Shown: positions 11,498-24,969 of the stretch, one piece after another
How the letters are laid out: each line of letters starts with the position of its first letter
How positions within the stretch are numbered: the first letter of the stretch is position 1
Source: Mobula hypostoma
Lineage: Eukaryota
DNA: 64,000 nucleotides
Assembly: GCF_963921235.1 (NCBI RefSeq)
Contig: NC_086097.1
Coordinates: forward strand, 206,648,001-206,712,000
Direction of reading: 5' to 3'
Position numbers and translations under genes: made by a program
Notes under the pieces: generated by a model
Told to the model about the DNA's origin: nothing
The model's input: the letters and a program-made list of their open reading frames with translations, nothing else
Databases searched by the model: none

Positions 11498-13668
11498 AAT
11501 TTTAATTGGGGAAGGGCAAATTATGAGGCTATAAGGCTAGAACTTGCTGTTGTGAATTGGGATGATGTTTTTGCCGGGAAATGTACTATGGACATGTAGT
11601 CGATGTTTAGAGATCTCTTGCAGGATGTTAGGGATAAATTTGTCCCGGTGAGGAAGATAAAGAATGGTAGGGTGAAGGAACCATGGGTAACAAGTGATGT
11701 AGAAAATCTAGTCAGGTGGAAGAAGGCAGCATACATGAGGTTTAGGAAGCAAGGATCAGATGGGTCTATTGAGGAATATAGGGAAGCAAGAAAGGAGCTT
11801 AAGAAGGGACTGAGAAGAGCAAGAAGGGGGCATGAGAAGGTCTTGGCGAGTAGGGTAAAGGAAAATCCTAAGGCATTCTTCAATTATGTGAAGAAAAAAA
11901 GGATGACAGAAGTGAAGGTAGGACCGATTAGAGATAAAGGTGGGAAGATGTGCCTGGAGGCTGTGGGAGTGAGCGAGGTCCTCAATGAATACTTCTCTTC
12001 GGTATTCACCAATGAGAGGAAACTTGATGACGGTGAGGACAATATGAGTGAGGTTGATATTCTGGAGCATGTTGATATTAAGGGAGAGGAGGTGTTGGAG
12101 TTGTTAAAATACATTAGGACGGATAAGTCCCCAGGGCCTGATGGAATATTCCCCAGGCTGTTCCACGAGGCAAGGGAAGAGATTGCTGAGCCTCTGGCTA
12201 GGATCTTTATGTTATCGTTGTCCACGGGAATGGTACCGGAGGATTGGAGGGAGGCGAATGTTGTCCCCTTGTTCAAAAAATGTAGTAGGGATAGTCTGGG
12301 TAGTTATAGACCAGTGAGCCTTATGTCTGTGGTGGGAAAGCTGTTGGAAAAGATTCTTAGAGATAGGATCTCTGGGCATTTAGAGAATCATGGTCTGATC
12401 AGGGACAGTCAGCATGGCTTTGTGAAGGGCAGATCGTGTCTAACAAGCCTGATAGAGTTCTTTGAGGAGGTGACCAGGCATATAGATGAGGGTAGAGCAG
12501 TGGATGTGATCTATATGGATTTTAGTAAGGCATATGACAAGTTTCCACACGGTAGGCTTATTCAGAAATTCAGAAGGCATGGAATCCAGCGAAGTTTGGC
12601 CAGGTGGATTCAGAATTGGCTTGCCTGCAGAAGGCAGGGGGTCGTGGTGGAGGGAGTACATTCAGATTGGAGGATTGTGACTAGTGGTGTCCCACAAGGA
12701 TCTGCTCTGGGACCTCTACTTTTTGTGATTTTTATTAATGACCTGGATGTGGGGGTAGAAGGGTGGGTTGGCAAGTTTGCAGACGACACAAAGGTTGGTG
12801 GTGTTGTAGATAGTGTAGAGGATTGTCAAAGATTGCAGAGAGACATTGATAGGATGCAGAAGTGGGCTGCGAAGTGGCAGATGGAGGTCAACCCAGAGAA
12901 GTGTGAGGTGGTACACTTTGGAAGGACAAACTCCAAGGCAGAGTACAAAGTAAATGGCAGGATACTTGGTAGTGTGGAGGAGCAGAGGGATCTGGGGGTA
13001 CATGTCCACAGAGCCCTGAAAGTTGCCTCACAGGTGGATAGGGTAGTTAAGAAAGCTTATGGGGTGTTAGCTTTCATAAGTTGAGGGATAGAGTTTAAGA
13101 GTCGTGATGTAATGATGCAGCTCTATAAAACTCTGGTTCGGCCACACTTGGCGTACTGTGTCCAGTTCTGGTCGCCTCACTATAGGAAGGATGTGGAAGC
13201 AGTGGAAAGGGTACAGAGGAGATTTACCAGAATGTTGCCTGGTTTAGAGAGTATGCATTATGATCAGAGATTAAGGGAGCTAGGGCTTTACTCTAGAAGG
13301 AGGATGAGAGGAGACATGATAGAGGTGTACAAGATAATAAGAGGAATAGATAGAGTGGATAGCCAGCACCTCTTCCCCAGGGCACCACTGCTCAATACAA
13401 GAGGACATGGCTTTGAGGTAAGGGATGGGAAGTTCAAGGGGGATACTAGAGGAAGGTTTTTTACTCAGAGAGTGGTTGGTGCATGGAATGCACTGCCTGA
13501 GTCAGTGGTGGAGGCAGATACACTAGTGAAGTTTAAGAGACTACTAGACAGGTATATGGAGGAATTTAAGGTGAGGGCTTATTTAGGAAACAGGGTTTGA
13601 GGGTCGGCACAACATTGTGGGTCGAAGGGCCTGTACTGTGCTGTGCTATTCTATGTTCTATGTTCTAT
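11498..13668 (+). mobile_element. Young 5'-truncated CR1 LINE (copy B)
   Basis: 493-aa + 162-aa ORF2, near-identical to copy A; (ttctatg)n tail; flanking ataat at 11496-11500 and 13667-13671. Confidence 0.97.
11603..13600 (+). pseudogene. CR1 ORF2 reverse transcriptase with nonsense codon at 13082-13084
   Basis: RT motifs incl. FADDT; TGA where copy A has CGA; 6-nt deletion in ELGLYS(LE)RRR. Confidence 0.93.
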
Positions 13669-16600
13669 AATCTTTGGCTGTCTTATACACTATCCACAAC
13701 TCCAGCAATCTTGATATCATCAGAAATTTTCCAACCCGCCTATATACATTTTCATCCAAGTCATTTTTATACATTATAAACAGTAGAGGTCTCTGTAATG
13801 ATCCCTGTGGAAATCCACTAATTACAGACCTCTAGCTCGAATAAGTCCCTTCAACCACTACCCTATGTTTTCTATTCCCAACCCAGTTCTAAATCCAACA
13901 GCCAATTCTCCACAGACTTCTTAATCTTCCGGATTAGTTTTCCATGATGTACTTTGTCAAACGCTTTACTAAAATCCATGTGGACAGTATTCACTGCCCT
14001 ACCCTCTTGAATCTCATCCATCACCTTGTCAAAAAACTCAATCAGGTAGGTAGGATACGACCTGCCATGCACAAAGCCATGCTGGCTATCTCTAATTAGA
14101 CCATGGGTTTTCAAATGCTCATATATCCAATCCCTAAGAATTATCTCCAGCAATTTCCCTACAACTGATGTGAGACTCACCAGTCTATATCTCCCAGCAT
14201 TTTATCTTGTTCCCTTCTTAAATAGAGGTACAACATTAGCCACTCACCACTCCTCGAGGACCGTGCCTGTGGCCAGAGAGGATACAAAGATACTAGTCAA
14301 GAGCTCAGCAAACTCATTTCTTGCCTCCTTCAATAACCTGGGGAAAATCCCATCAGGCCCTGAGGACTCACCCACCTTAATACTCCTTAGGAGGCCCAAC
14401 ACTACCTCCTCCTTGACATCTAAATATCCTAAAATATTCTTACACTCCGTACCAATCTCCTGGTCCTCCATATCATTTTCCTTGGTAAATATTGAAGCAG
14501 AGTACTCATTAAGTATCTCTGCTTCCAATCAAATGTTCCTCCCTTCATTCTTGAGTGGCTCCATGCTCTCTCTAGTTATCTTTTTGCACTTGATACCCCT
14601 CCTAGCTTTCCTAATTCCTTCTTTAGTTCTCTTCTGGCTTCCTTATACTCCTCATATGCTTTATTTGATCCTGAATTCCAAAGCTTTACATACTTTTCCT
14701 TTATCTTCTTGACTAAATTCATCACCTCTCTAAACATCCAAGGTTCTCTTATCTTTCCATCTCCATCCTTCCTTCTAACAGGAACATAGTTTTCCTGTAC
14801 TCTTTGCAAATAAACTTAAACACCTTCCACATGTCTAATGTGGACTTGCCAGAGAAAAGGAGCTCCCAATTAACACTTCTTAGTTCCTGCCTAATACCCT
14901 CATAATTTGCCCAACTCCAAATTTAAAACACTCCCACAAGGACCATACCTATCCTTATCTATAGCTATCCTCAAAGATAGGGAGTTGTGGTCACTGTTCC
15001 CTAACTGTTCATCCACTGAAAAGTCAGTCACCTGGTCAGGGTCATTACCCAACACCAGGTTCAGTACGGCACCTCCTCTCATTGGACTGTCCACATACTG
15101 ATTTAAGAAACCTTCCTGGATACACTTAACAAATTCAACCCCATTTAAACCCCTTATACTAGGAAGATCCTTGTTTATATTAGGGAAGTTGAAATTCCCC
15201 CATGACAACAACCCTATTATTTTTACACATTTCCTTAATCAGGTTACATATCTGTTCCTCAATGTCCTGGAAGCTATTGGGGGTCTGTTGTACAATCTCA
15301 TCAGTGTGACTGCGCCCTTATTATTTCTGAGTTCCACCAAAATGGACTCAAAGCCTGACCCCTCCACTATGTCTGCTCTGAATGCAGCTGTGATATTGTC
15401 CCTGATTAGTAGTGCAATTCCATCCTCTCTTTTATCTCCTCCTCTATCTTTTCTAAAACTCCAAAAACCTGGTACATTAATCATCCATTCCTGCTCCTCT
15501 CTCAAACAAGTTTCAGTATTCCATGCACTGATCCATGCTCTAAATTTATCACTCTTATCCATAATACTCCTAGCATTAAAATATCCTCACTTCAAACTAT
15601 CCAACTCATCATACCTATTATTTCAATTTTGCCTTTCATTATTTTTCTTGACATCTAACTTCTGGTCCAATCTTTCCCTTACCGACCTAGGGCTCTGGTT
15701 CCCAGCCCCTACAAAACTAGTTTAAACTCTCTGCAGGTAGCTTCAGCAAACCTCCTGGCCAGGATTTTGGTTCCCCTCCACTTCAGATGCAACCCGTCCC
15801 TCTTACACAGGTCACACCTTCCCCAGAAGAGGTTCCAGTGGTCCAAGAACTTGAAACCCTGTCCCCTGCACCATCTGCGCAGCTGCTTATTCATATGTGC
15901 TATCACCCCATCCCCGTGGCACAGGGAGTAATCTGGAGATTACAATCTTGGAGGTTCTTCTCTTTAGTGTCTTTCCTAACTCTATATATTCACTGCATAG
16001 GAACTCTTCCCCTTTTCTGTCTATGTCAATGGTGCCCATATGCACCACAACCTCTGGCTGTTCCCCTTCTCCCTTGAGAATAGCCCTGCAGCCATTCTGA
16101 TATATCATGGATCTTAGCACCCAGGAAGCAACACATCATCCAGGTGTCTCTTCTGTGGCCACAAAATCTCCTTTCTGTCCCCTATCTGTTGAGCCCCCTA
16201 TAACTGCCACACTGCCTGACTTTACTCTTCCCTGTCAAAGCTCAGAGTTGTCCACTGTGCAACCAGCCTGGCAGCTGCTGCTGTAATCTGATGGGTCAAC
16301 CCACCAGCAGTATCAAAAGGGGTATACTTGTTGCTGAGGGAAATGGCCACAGGAGAACCCTGTACTGATTTCTTAATCCCCTTACCTCTCATGGTAGTCA
16401 CCCACATACTGTCCGAAGCCTGCACTCTGGGTGTATCCTCCTCATCAACAGTCTCTTCTTTAATATCTTTGGTCTCCCAAATGATCCTGAGTACATCCAA
16501 CTCTAGCACCAACCCCTTGATAGCTTCAGTCAAGCACTGAAGTTGGATGTACTTCCGCAGATGTAGTCATCAAGAAGGTCATCAGGCATCCTAAATTCCC

Positions 16601-16864
16601 ACACCTGACAGGAGGAGCAGTCAATCCTGAATAACCTACACCAAAAAAGAGAAAGGCTTACCTCTTCTTAACACTGCTCCACCTGCTCACGCTAAAGCCT
16701 GTTAAGCCAAAGCCTTTACACTTTATGACTGGTACCCTCAAGTAATGGCCACTCCAACTGAGGCTACCCTCTTTTGTTTTATAGCTGAGGTCAGGCCTCT
16801 GACGCCAACACCTTATGCCCATGCATAGTCCAAAACGACCAGCTCTGCCCGAATCAGCTCCTTT

Positions 16865-17290
16865 TATCCTTTCCCCTGACTTCTATAGGGCTCTGACCTG
16901 ATACACACTTGAGTATAACTTTCTATAACATCTCCCCTCAGCCTCTGATGCACCAAAAAAAAACAATCTAAACTTGCTAATCTCACCTTATAGTTGATAC
17001 CCTCTAATTCAAGTAGCATAATGGTAAACATCTTCTGAGCTCTCTTCAAATATTTGACATCCTTCCTGTAAGGAGGCAACCAGAATAGCATACATGTTAC
17101 TCCAAGTATCAACTAACCAATATTTTATACAAAGGCACTTCCTGACTCTTCTACTTTTTGTCCCTAGCAACAAAGACAAGCATGTTGTATACCTTCTTTG
17201 TCAACCTATCTACTTGCCTTGCTACTTTCAGGAAGGCATGGACTTCGACCCCAAAATGCCTCTGTACATCAGATATCCTTTCGTACGTTC
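16865..17290 (-). mobile_element. CR1 ORF2 C-terminal fragment
   Basis: FWLPPYRKDV...QRLRGDVIESY remnant. Confidence 0.75.
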
Positions 17291-17739
17291 CTCTTACAAG
17301 GCATGCTATTTGGTGTTGGAAATTTGGTGACTCTTGCAGGTTGCCCAGCACAATCCTCACTGATTTGTACTGATGCAAAATGATGCCTCTCACTGTAACT
17401 TTCAATGTTTCAATATACATATGACAAATAAAGCTAAACTTTATCTTTTAGTTTCCAAATGTTACTGAATGTTGTGAACGTCAGTTGACCCCAATAATAC
17501 TAAAACAGCCAGTGGGACTCAGGAGCAGGCTTTGACCAGCTATTAAATCCATTCTATTTGTGCCACAAGCTATTTGCACTGAGATGGACCCTATGCTACA
17601 TGTTGAGGTGATGGGACTGGAAGACAGCACAATTATCACAATGGAACAAATTGTGTGGGTCAGAAACTATTTGCCAGATAACAGGGCAATATCAGATCTG
17701 TTGCCATGGAATGTTAGTGATGTTATGAATCAACAAGAG

Positions 17740-17855
17740 GTTCCTAAAGGGTTTGGTCTAAAATGGCAACTGTTTATTCCCCTCCATAGATATTGCCTAA
17801 CCTGCTGAGTTCTCCCAGCATTTTGTGTGTTGCTATAGACTTCCATTGCTGTAAT
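17740..17855 (+). mobile_element. Penelope-like terminal repeat fragment, degraded
   Basis: ccatagatattgcctaacctgctgagttctcccagcattttgtgtgttgc, shared with 29610-29750, 46300-46420, 49385-49485. Confidence 0.75.
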
Positions 17856-18109
17856 TCTAAGGGTTCTTGGCTTATTTGTATTTATTGATGTAGTTGTCAG
17901 GAAAAGTGCTTCCATTTGAATCATTGTAGGGCACAAGCAAATTTTATTATCACCTTCGGTCTGCTATCCTCTTAGAACTTCTCAACACATTTCCTTCCCT
18001 ATCCTTCAATGTTACCCAATATATTGTACACCCATAGTGGTTTGGGTATCAAACAAAACTAGCTATGAAAATTAACTGACGCAATCCATCTAGCCAGGTC
18101 AAAAAACAA

Positions 18110-18975
18110 AATCTGCTGCACAGCAAGTTTCTTCTCTCAGGCCATTAGGCTTCTAAACTCCCTGCCGCATCGTATTCGAACTGTCACCAGTTAATCTGTT
18201 TCGTACCTTACTGTATTTAATTTATTCCCCTTAGTTTGTTATTTAAGCATGATTCATCCGTAGATTTTATGTTAACCTTCATATGTTATCGTGTGCTATG
18301 GGTGTTATGTGTACTGCCTTGCTTTACACCCCGGTTCAGAGAAAAAGTAGTATCATTTCTATATGCATAATATGGCTGTATACATTATATAAGAAAAGAC
18401 ATGCGGGGTTTGGAGAGGGACCAGAGGAGGTTCACAAGGATGATTCCAGGAATGAAAGGGTTATCACATGATGTCTCTGGGTCGGTACTTGCTGGAAATC
18501 AGAAAGATGAGGGGGGGATCTCATTGAAACCTTTCGAATGTTGAAGGTCCTAGACAGAGAACTTATCGAAAGTACATTTTCCTTGGTGAGGGAGTCTAGG
18601 AAAAGAGGGAACAGCCTCAGGATAGAGGGGAGCCTTTTCAAAACAGAAATGCGGAAACATTTCTTTAGCTAAAGGGTGGTGAATTTATGGAATTTATTGC
18701 CATGTGTGGCTGTGGAGGCCAGGTCATTGAGTGCATTTAAGGTAGAAATTGGTAGGTTCTTGATTGGACATGGCATCAAAGGTTATGGGGACAAGGCTGG
18801 AAACTGGGGTTGAGGAGAAGAAAAAAAAAATAGAAAAGTCATGATTGAATGGCAGAGCAGACTCAATGGGTCAGATGGCCTAATTCTGCTCCTATGTCTT
18901 ATGGTCTTATGGTTTTATGCGTGTATATACTGTTTGCAGGTTAAATGACAATAAACTTGACTTGACTTGACTTAG
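18110..18975 (+). mobile_element. Rex1-type 3' tail with nested CR1 3' end (~18390-18915)
   Basis: caggccattaggcttctaaac...aataaacttgacttgactt tail interrupted by CR1 C-terminus/UTR ending ctatgtcttatggtctt. Confidence 0.75.
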
Positions 18976-21049
18976 CACATTTACAACAACTAAAGGGTCA
19001 GAGAATTTTCACCTAGCTGGCAACAATTTCCTTTTCTGCATTGCAACTGATTTTAAATTTTTTTTTTATCTTCCTGTTTAATTTTCAGATAATTATGTCA
19101 TTTTTTTAATTCATTAAACAGAGTGATGAAAATAATCTGGTTTAGTTTTTACATATTCTGCATCTTTTCCACCTAAAACATTCAGTTGCAAAGGCCAGAT
19201 TATGGGTGCAAAGATAATGATGTATTTTGCAAGGTGAAAGTATGTCATGTTAATGGCATAATTATCTCAAAGGTACTTGCACATTAGGATTTTCACTATG
19301 CAATTTATTATTTTGGCACCATCTTGTACCAGGGGTGGGGGTGGAGGAAGCAAATACCTTGAACTTGTATAAAAAACTTCAGTTTATTATTCACTAACTA
19401 CTCTAATGTTACTAATAATGCCATCAGCCCACAGTCTCTAAATTCATCAGTGTTCCAATACTATCACAACCTTTTAATGCTTGATCATTCACATTTTTAA
19501 AATGTTGCTTTTGATGTATACAGACATATCCAAAATAAAATCAAGACATATCACAATATTATAAACATATCAGATATACTGTAGTACATTACATAAGGGC
19601 CTGTTTCTATGGTGTATGAATCTCTGAATCTTTGTACCCAGCATATTCTGCCACAGTCTCTTTTGGGATAGTCTTGTTTTTCATGGAGTAGAATTTATAA
19701 TTGAGTACTGGTAACATAGAATTTTACTTGATGGTGGCCATATCAGAAACAGTTAGGAAGGATAATATCTCTTCATAATATGTCATATATTACATGTACA
19801 GGTTCTACAGGGTGCTTTGGTTTTCCCACCTACAGTATATTCCCAATAAGCATAATCTTACAATCATTTGTAACCTTTATCACATCATACCAAATGATTT
19901 GAATGTGAATGAAACAACATTTATGACAATATCAAATTGGACATATGTAAATTTCACAGGATTGTATCAAGGGTTCTTTGAAAGAGTTGGGCCATTCAGC
20001 CCAGATGATCTGGTTTGGTGCTTTGAAATCATGTGTGCACCCTTCCATTCTATTTGTTATACCTTTTCATTCTTTTTTCATGAAGTAATCTAGTATTTGT
20101 TGTATTTTCTCAATTGCTTCTCACTGTATTAATTCCCATCATGCTCATTTTAAAGAACTTTCTAATAAACTGAAATTCCTCATCCTTTTCTGTAATTGCT
20201 TCACCATTCTCTATCTCTGTAATACACTCTCAGCTTTTTAACCTCCAAGTTATGTATACTTGTAATGCTTTCTTCATCATTCCCAAACTTAATTGGCCCC
20301 GTCCTACTGACAATGCTTTCATAAATTACAGACCCAATCACTGGATTTTTTCCCTAAATCTTTCTCCACTTCTCCCTGCCATTCCTTTTTGTAAGAGAGA
20401 CTATACCGCTACATATTTACTCATGTATTTTGTCATCTTCCCTAATACCTTCTTATAAAGCTCAATTAAATTCTCCTTGCCGGTTGAAAGTTTTGATTTA
20501 TTAAAGTTACTTATTTATAGTAAGTGCAAATTATTGCGGTTGATTTCCTTATTGGGTTTATTAATTTCACTTTGTGTTTATGATTCTAATGTTAAATGAT
20601 TCCCCAAGGAAAATAGCAATAAGTTATGGCTCATGGTGTAGCTGGGCAAGTTCCACATCAACAGAAACACTGGAGAGCTCAACCTCGTGAGGGCAGAAGA
20701 TGAGCAGGAAGAGATGAAATATTAAGTGTATTATTCTTTCTGGGTGATAATTAATTCATCAACGAACTTCCAGAAGTTTTTTTAAAGGATGGAGATACCA
20801 GGCAAAGAGTAAGTTTGGACAACTATCCCAATAACCTAAGCTACGGGAACAAGGAAATGTTGGAAAAGGTCAAATTGGGGATGCTGCTGATGTTTTCACA
20901 ATATTTCTGTTCCATGGAGTGGTCACTGGAACAGGGTCACTACTTGGAAGAAATAAGACCCAAACAACATGCAAGCATGGGATGAGAAATGACAACTAAC
21001 ATTCGTGCCAGTCATTGATCATCTGCAACTACAGAGAATCCAGGCACCT

Positions 21050-21680
21050 ACCATGGTAATTCATCAGTATACCAGTGGCTACAATAACAAGTCTGATGCT
21101 ATATATTCTGTGACAATAACTGTAAAGGCATTCCACCAAAAATAAACCATGCCAGGAGCATGTTACAACACTTTCCAGTTACCTGGTTAAGTACAGCTTC
21201 CAGAACACTGAAAAAGACAAATGTGATCCAGGACAAAGCAGCTGGCTTCATTGACACCTTGTTTCAACATCCAAAGACATCAACACCTACTGCCATTGAT
21301 GCAGTGTGACCGGAGTGTGCATCATTTAAAACGTAACTGCAGTAATACAGCAAGGCTTCTTCCACTATATTTCCCAAACCCACAATGTCTATCACCCATC
21401 TGAAAAAGATGGAAAGAGCCCTAGTTGGGCACTGAGTTTAAATTGACGTAAAGCAATCTGAGGCAGCAAGCATATGGTAACAGCACTATCTGCAAGATCC
21501 CCTCTATTTCACGTCTTATCCTGCCTTGGAAATATATCAGTGTTCCTTCATTATCACTATGTCTAATTCCTGGAACCACAATTCAACAGCACTGTGAGAG
21601 TTCAGTAGTTCAAGAAAATGGATCACCATCCTCTTCTCAAAAGTTACTAAAAGAAGCAATGAAAGCTGCTCTTGTCGGTG
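21050..21680 (+). mobile_element. Ancient LINE 3' portion (family uncertain)
   Basis: atccaggacaaagcagc...tcctggaac...cagtagttcaagaa; related sequence at 41640-42250. Confidence 0.55.
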
Positions 21681-21971
21681 ACACCTGGACCATCTAAATG
21701 AAGGAATAGATGACAACATTTCGATCACAGAATTGCAGCTGAAAGAAACCACAAGGAAAAATGAACAAAAATCTGTGGTGTTGAATATAAAAGCATGTAG
21801 TTGATTGTGAATGTGCGAAAGGCATGGGACACTTCCAGGTGGTTTACAGAGGCAGAGCCTGCTGGTGATGATTCTTAGTTGACATTTGGCATTATCACCA
21901 CAAATCAAACTAGGATGCTACCAGTCTGAAAGAGGTGGAAAGAGACCATGCTGGGTTGTGGCGGCAAATAG

Positions 21972-23929
21972 TCCATAAGAAACAGGAGCAGATTTAGGCC
22001 ACTCAGTCCATTGAGTCTGCTCTGCATTTTAGCATGGCTGATTTACTGTATTATCCATCTCAACCTCATTCTCCTGCCTTCTGCCTGTGACCTTTGATGC
22101 CTTGAATAACCAAGAACCTATCAACCTCTGCTTTAAATATACTCAATGACTTCGCATCCACAGGCATCCATGGCAATGGATTCCACAGATGCACTATCTT
22201 CATGCTAAAGAAATTCCTTCTCATCTCTGTTCTAATGAACCTCCCTCTATTGTAAGGCTGTACCCTTTGGTTCTAGACGCCCCCCCCCCACCCCCACTAT
22301 GGAAACATCTTCTCCACATCCACTCTGTCTAGGCCTTTCAATATTCAGTATGTTTCAATGAGATCCTCATTCATTCTTCTCAACACCAGCAAGTACAGGC
22401 CCAGAGCCATCAAATGCTCTTCGTATGTTAACCTTTTCATTCCTGAAATAAGCCTTGTGAATCTCCAATGCAAGCATATCTCTTCTTAGATAAGGAGCCC
22501 AAAACTGCTCACAATACTCCAAGTGTGATCTGACTTATGCCTTAGAAAGCCTCAGCACCACATATTTGTTCTTATATTCGAGTCCTCTTGAAATGAAAGC
22601 TAACATTTTATTTGCCTTTCTCATCACTGATTCAACGTACAAGTTAACATTTAGGGAATCCTGCACAAGAACTCTCAAGTCCCTTTGCACCTTTGATTTT
22701 TGAATTTTATCCTTGCTTAGAAAATAGACTCTGCCTTTATTCCTTCTACCAAAGCGTGTGCCCATACATTTCCCTACAATGTATTCCATCCGTGACTTCT
22801 TTGCCTATTCTCCTAATCTGTCCAAGTACTTCCGCTGACTCCCTGCTTCCTCAACGCCACCTGCCCTGCACTTACCTTTGTATTGTCTGTAAACTTGGCC
22901 ACAAATCCATCAATTCCATCATCCAAATCATCAACATATAACTTGAAAAGAAATGGTTCCAATACCAACCTCAATGGAACACCACTTGTCACGGGCAGCC
23001 AGAAAGAACAGGCCCCCTTTATTCTGACTCTTTGCCTCCTGCCAGCCAGCCAATGTTCTATCCGTGGTAGTATCTGTCCTATAATACCATGGGCTCTTAT
23101 CTTGTTAAATAGCCCCATGTGCAACACCTTGTCAAAAGCCTTCTAAAAATCCATGTAAACAATATCCACTGACTCTCCTTTGTTTATCCTGCCTGCTATT
23201 TCCTCAAAGATTCCAACAGATTTGTTAGGCAGGATTTTCCCTTCAGGAAACCATGCTGACTTTGACCTATTTTATCATATGCCTCCATGTGGCCCGAAAA
23301 TTTATCCGGAATAATGGGCTCCACCATCTTCCCAACCACCAAAGTCATGCTAACTGGCCTATAATTCCCTTTCTTCTGCTTCCTTTCCTTCTTAAGGAAT
23401 GGAGTGACATTTACAATTTTCCAGTCCTCTGGAACTATCCAAAACCTCAAGATTCTTGAAAGATTATCACTAATACCTCTGCAAACTCCTCTGCTATCTC
23501 TTTCAGAACTCTTGGGTGTAGTCCATCTGGTCCAGGTGACTTACCTACCTTCAGATCTTTCAGCTTCCCATGCACCCTTTCCTTTGGAATACCAACTATA
23601 CTCACTTCAACACTCTCTGATTTATGGCTACTGTCTTCCACAGTGAAGACTGACACAAAGTGCTTATTAAGTTCGTCTGCCACTTCTCTGTCCCCCATTA
23701 CGATTTCTCCAGCAACATTTTTGAACAGTCCAATATCCACTCTTGCCTCTCTATTACTCTTTATATATTTATTTTGGTATCCTCTGATATTTTGGCTAAT
23801 TTCCCTTTATATTTCATCTTTTCTCTCATTATGGCTTTTTTAGTTGTCTTCAGTTGGTTTTTAAAAGCTTCCCAATCCTCTAACTTCTCACTAATTTATG
23901 CTATATTATATGCCCCCTCTTTTGCTTAA
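21972..23929 (-). mobile_element. CR1 LINE, 5'-truncated, degraded
   Basis: RT remnants in minus ORFs 22535-23740 (SPGPDG, YRPVS, QHGF, VTSGVP); CR1 3' UTR at left end. Confidence 0.92.
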
Positions 23930-24969
23930 TAATAATAAATGACCTGTCTAGCCAACAGCGACGGCTCGCAGGTAAGCAGATAAATCCTCAGAAGTGATTC
24001 TCACCAGGACTGTATCAATTTGTGATCTACAGAAACAGGACAGTAACTCTCCGTGCTCCATTTTTGGCTCCCTGCACCAGCAAATTTCCCATGAAATATA
24101 TTAGTGCAAATAAATGATTTGTTGAGTAAATTAATTCAATTGTTTATTGTGAATTTTGTTTGTCCTCTGCCTTAAGAGTAGGATGACCTCTGCTGGTTAC
24201 TTGATTTCCATGTTTACGTCAGTATTTTCCAAAACACTATCTTTTTAATAAAATTGCAACTCTAATGGTTGTATAATTTTTTTCAAATACATTCTGAAGA
24301 TAGTACAAAAAATGAATATTGTACATGTTTATTCCTTCATTCACTTCAACACTTAACCAGGTCAAAGTAATAAAGCTTCTCTTCTTATTTACCCAGAACC
24401 TTAGGGAAATCAAAATCTGAAAGTGTATTGTCGAAGGGAAATTATGACTGAGGTACTTAGTTTAGGTTCTTCTGTTTGTAAGTAGTGTTGTGCAATCTCC
24501 TTTCTCTGTACAGTAAATGGGAACATAAAGAGACAAAAAATACTGAAATGATAAGATCAGATTCGTTATTTTTGTTTTACCAATGCTGATACTTTTATCC
24601 TATAAAAAAAGAGTAACTAGGCTCTCTTTTCAAACCCATGTGAAATTTAGTCTGATAAGTTGTGCATCATATTTCTACCCACAAATTACAGAGCAATACA
24701 TTTGCACTTTCAGTGTTGAATGTGAGTTGTGCCTCAGGAGAGCTCATAAACTGCAGAGAACTGAATTAGTTTATATGGTGTTTTCTTGCTTTTTTGACAT
24801 AACTTTGGAAAAAGAGCTTGAAAATAGAAGGGATTTACGCAGTCTTCCCCATTGTAGTTATATGTAGGAGTAGAAGAATCTGGAAAAAGTTGTCCATTAA
24901 TCTTATTGCAAAATGATGACAATGGCAATAATTTCTGCAAATTCAGTAGTTCAATTTAACTAGTCAAGT

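Larger units (their letters stand above)
10644..16860 (-). mobile_element. Near full-length older CR1 (ORF1 + ORF2) split by CR1 copy B
   Basis: ORF1 Cys motif (CSSC, ~16560-16625), SGNH-esterase remnants QPEVVVHMGT and DGLHL (15709-16120), APE remnants (14900-15562), RT remnants (13672-14809), C-terminus and (catagaa)-like tail (10644-11497). Confidence 0.9.

Noticed and set aside
20642..20725. Cadherin-like peptide LGKFHINRNTGELNLVR
   Set aside because: Bounded by stops, with no pyrimidine tract or donor site; too short to exceed chance.
23952..23977. CpG-rich stretch ending in cag|gtaagc
   Set aside because: Good donor but no acceptor tract; candidate lengths of 13 or 20 nt are unsupported.
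24377..24432. Plus-strand acceptor followed by TLGKSKSESVLSKGNYD*
   Set aside because: No supporting homology; compatible with chance in AT-rich DNA.
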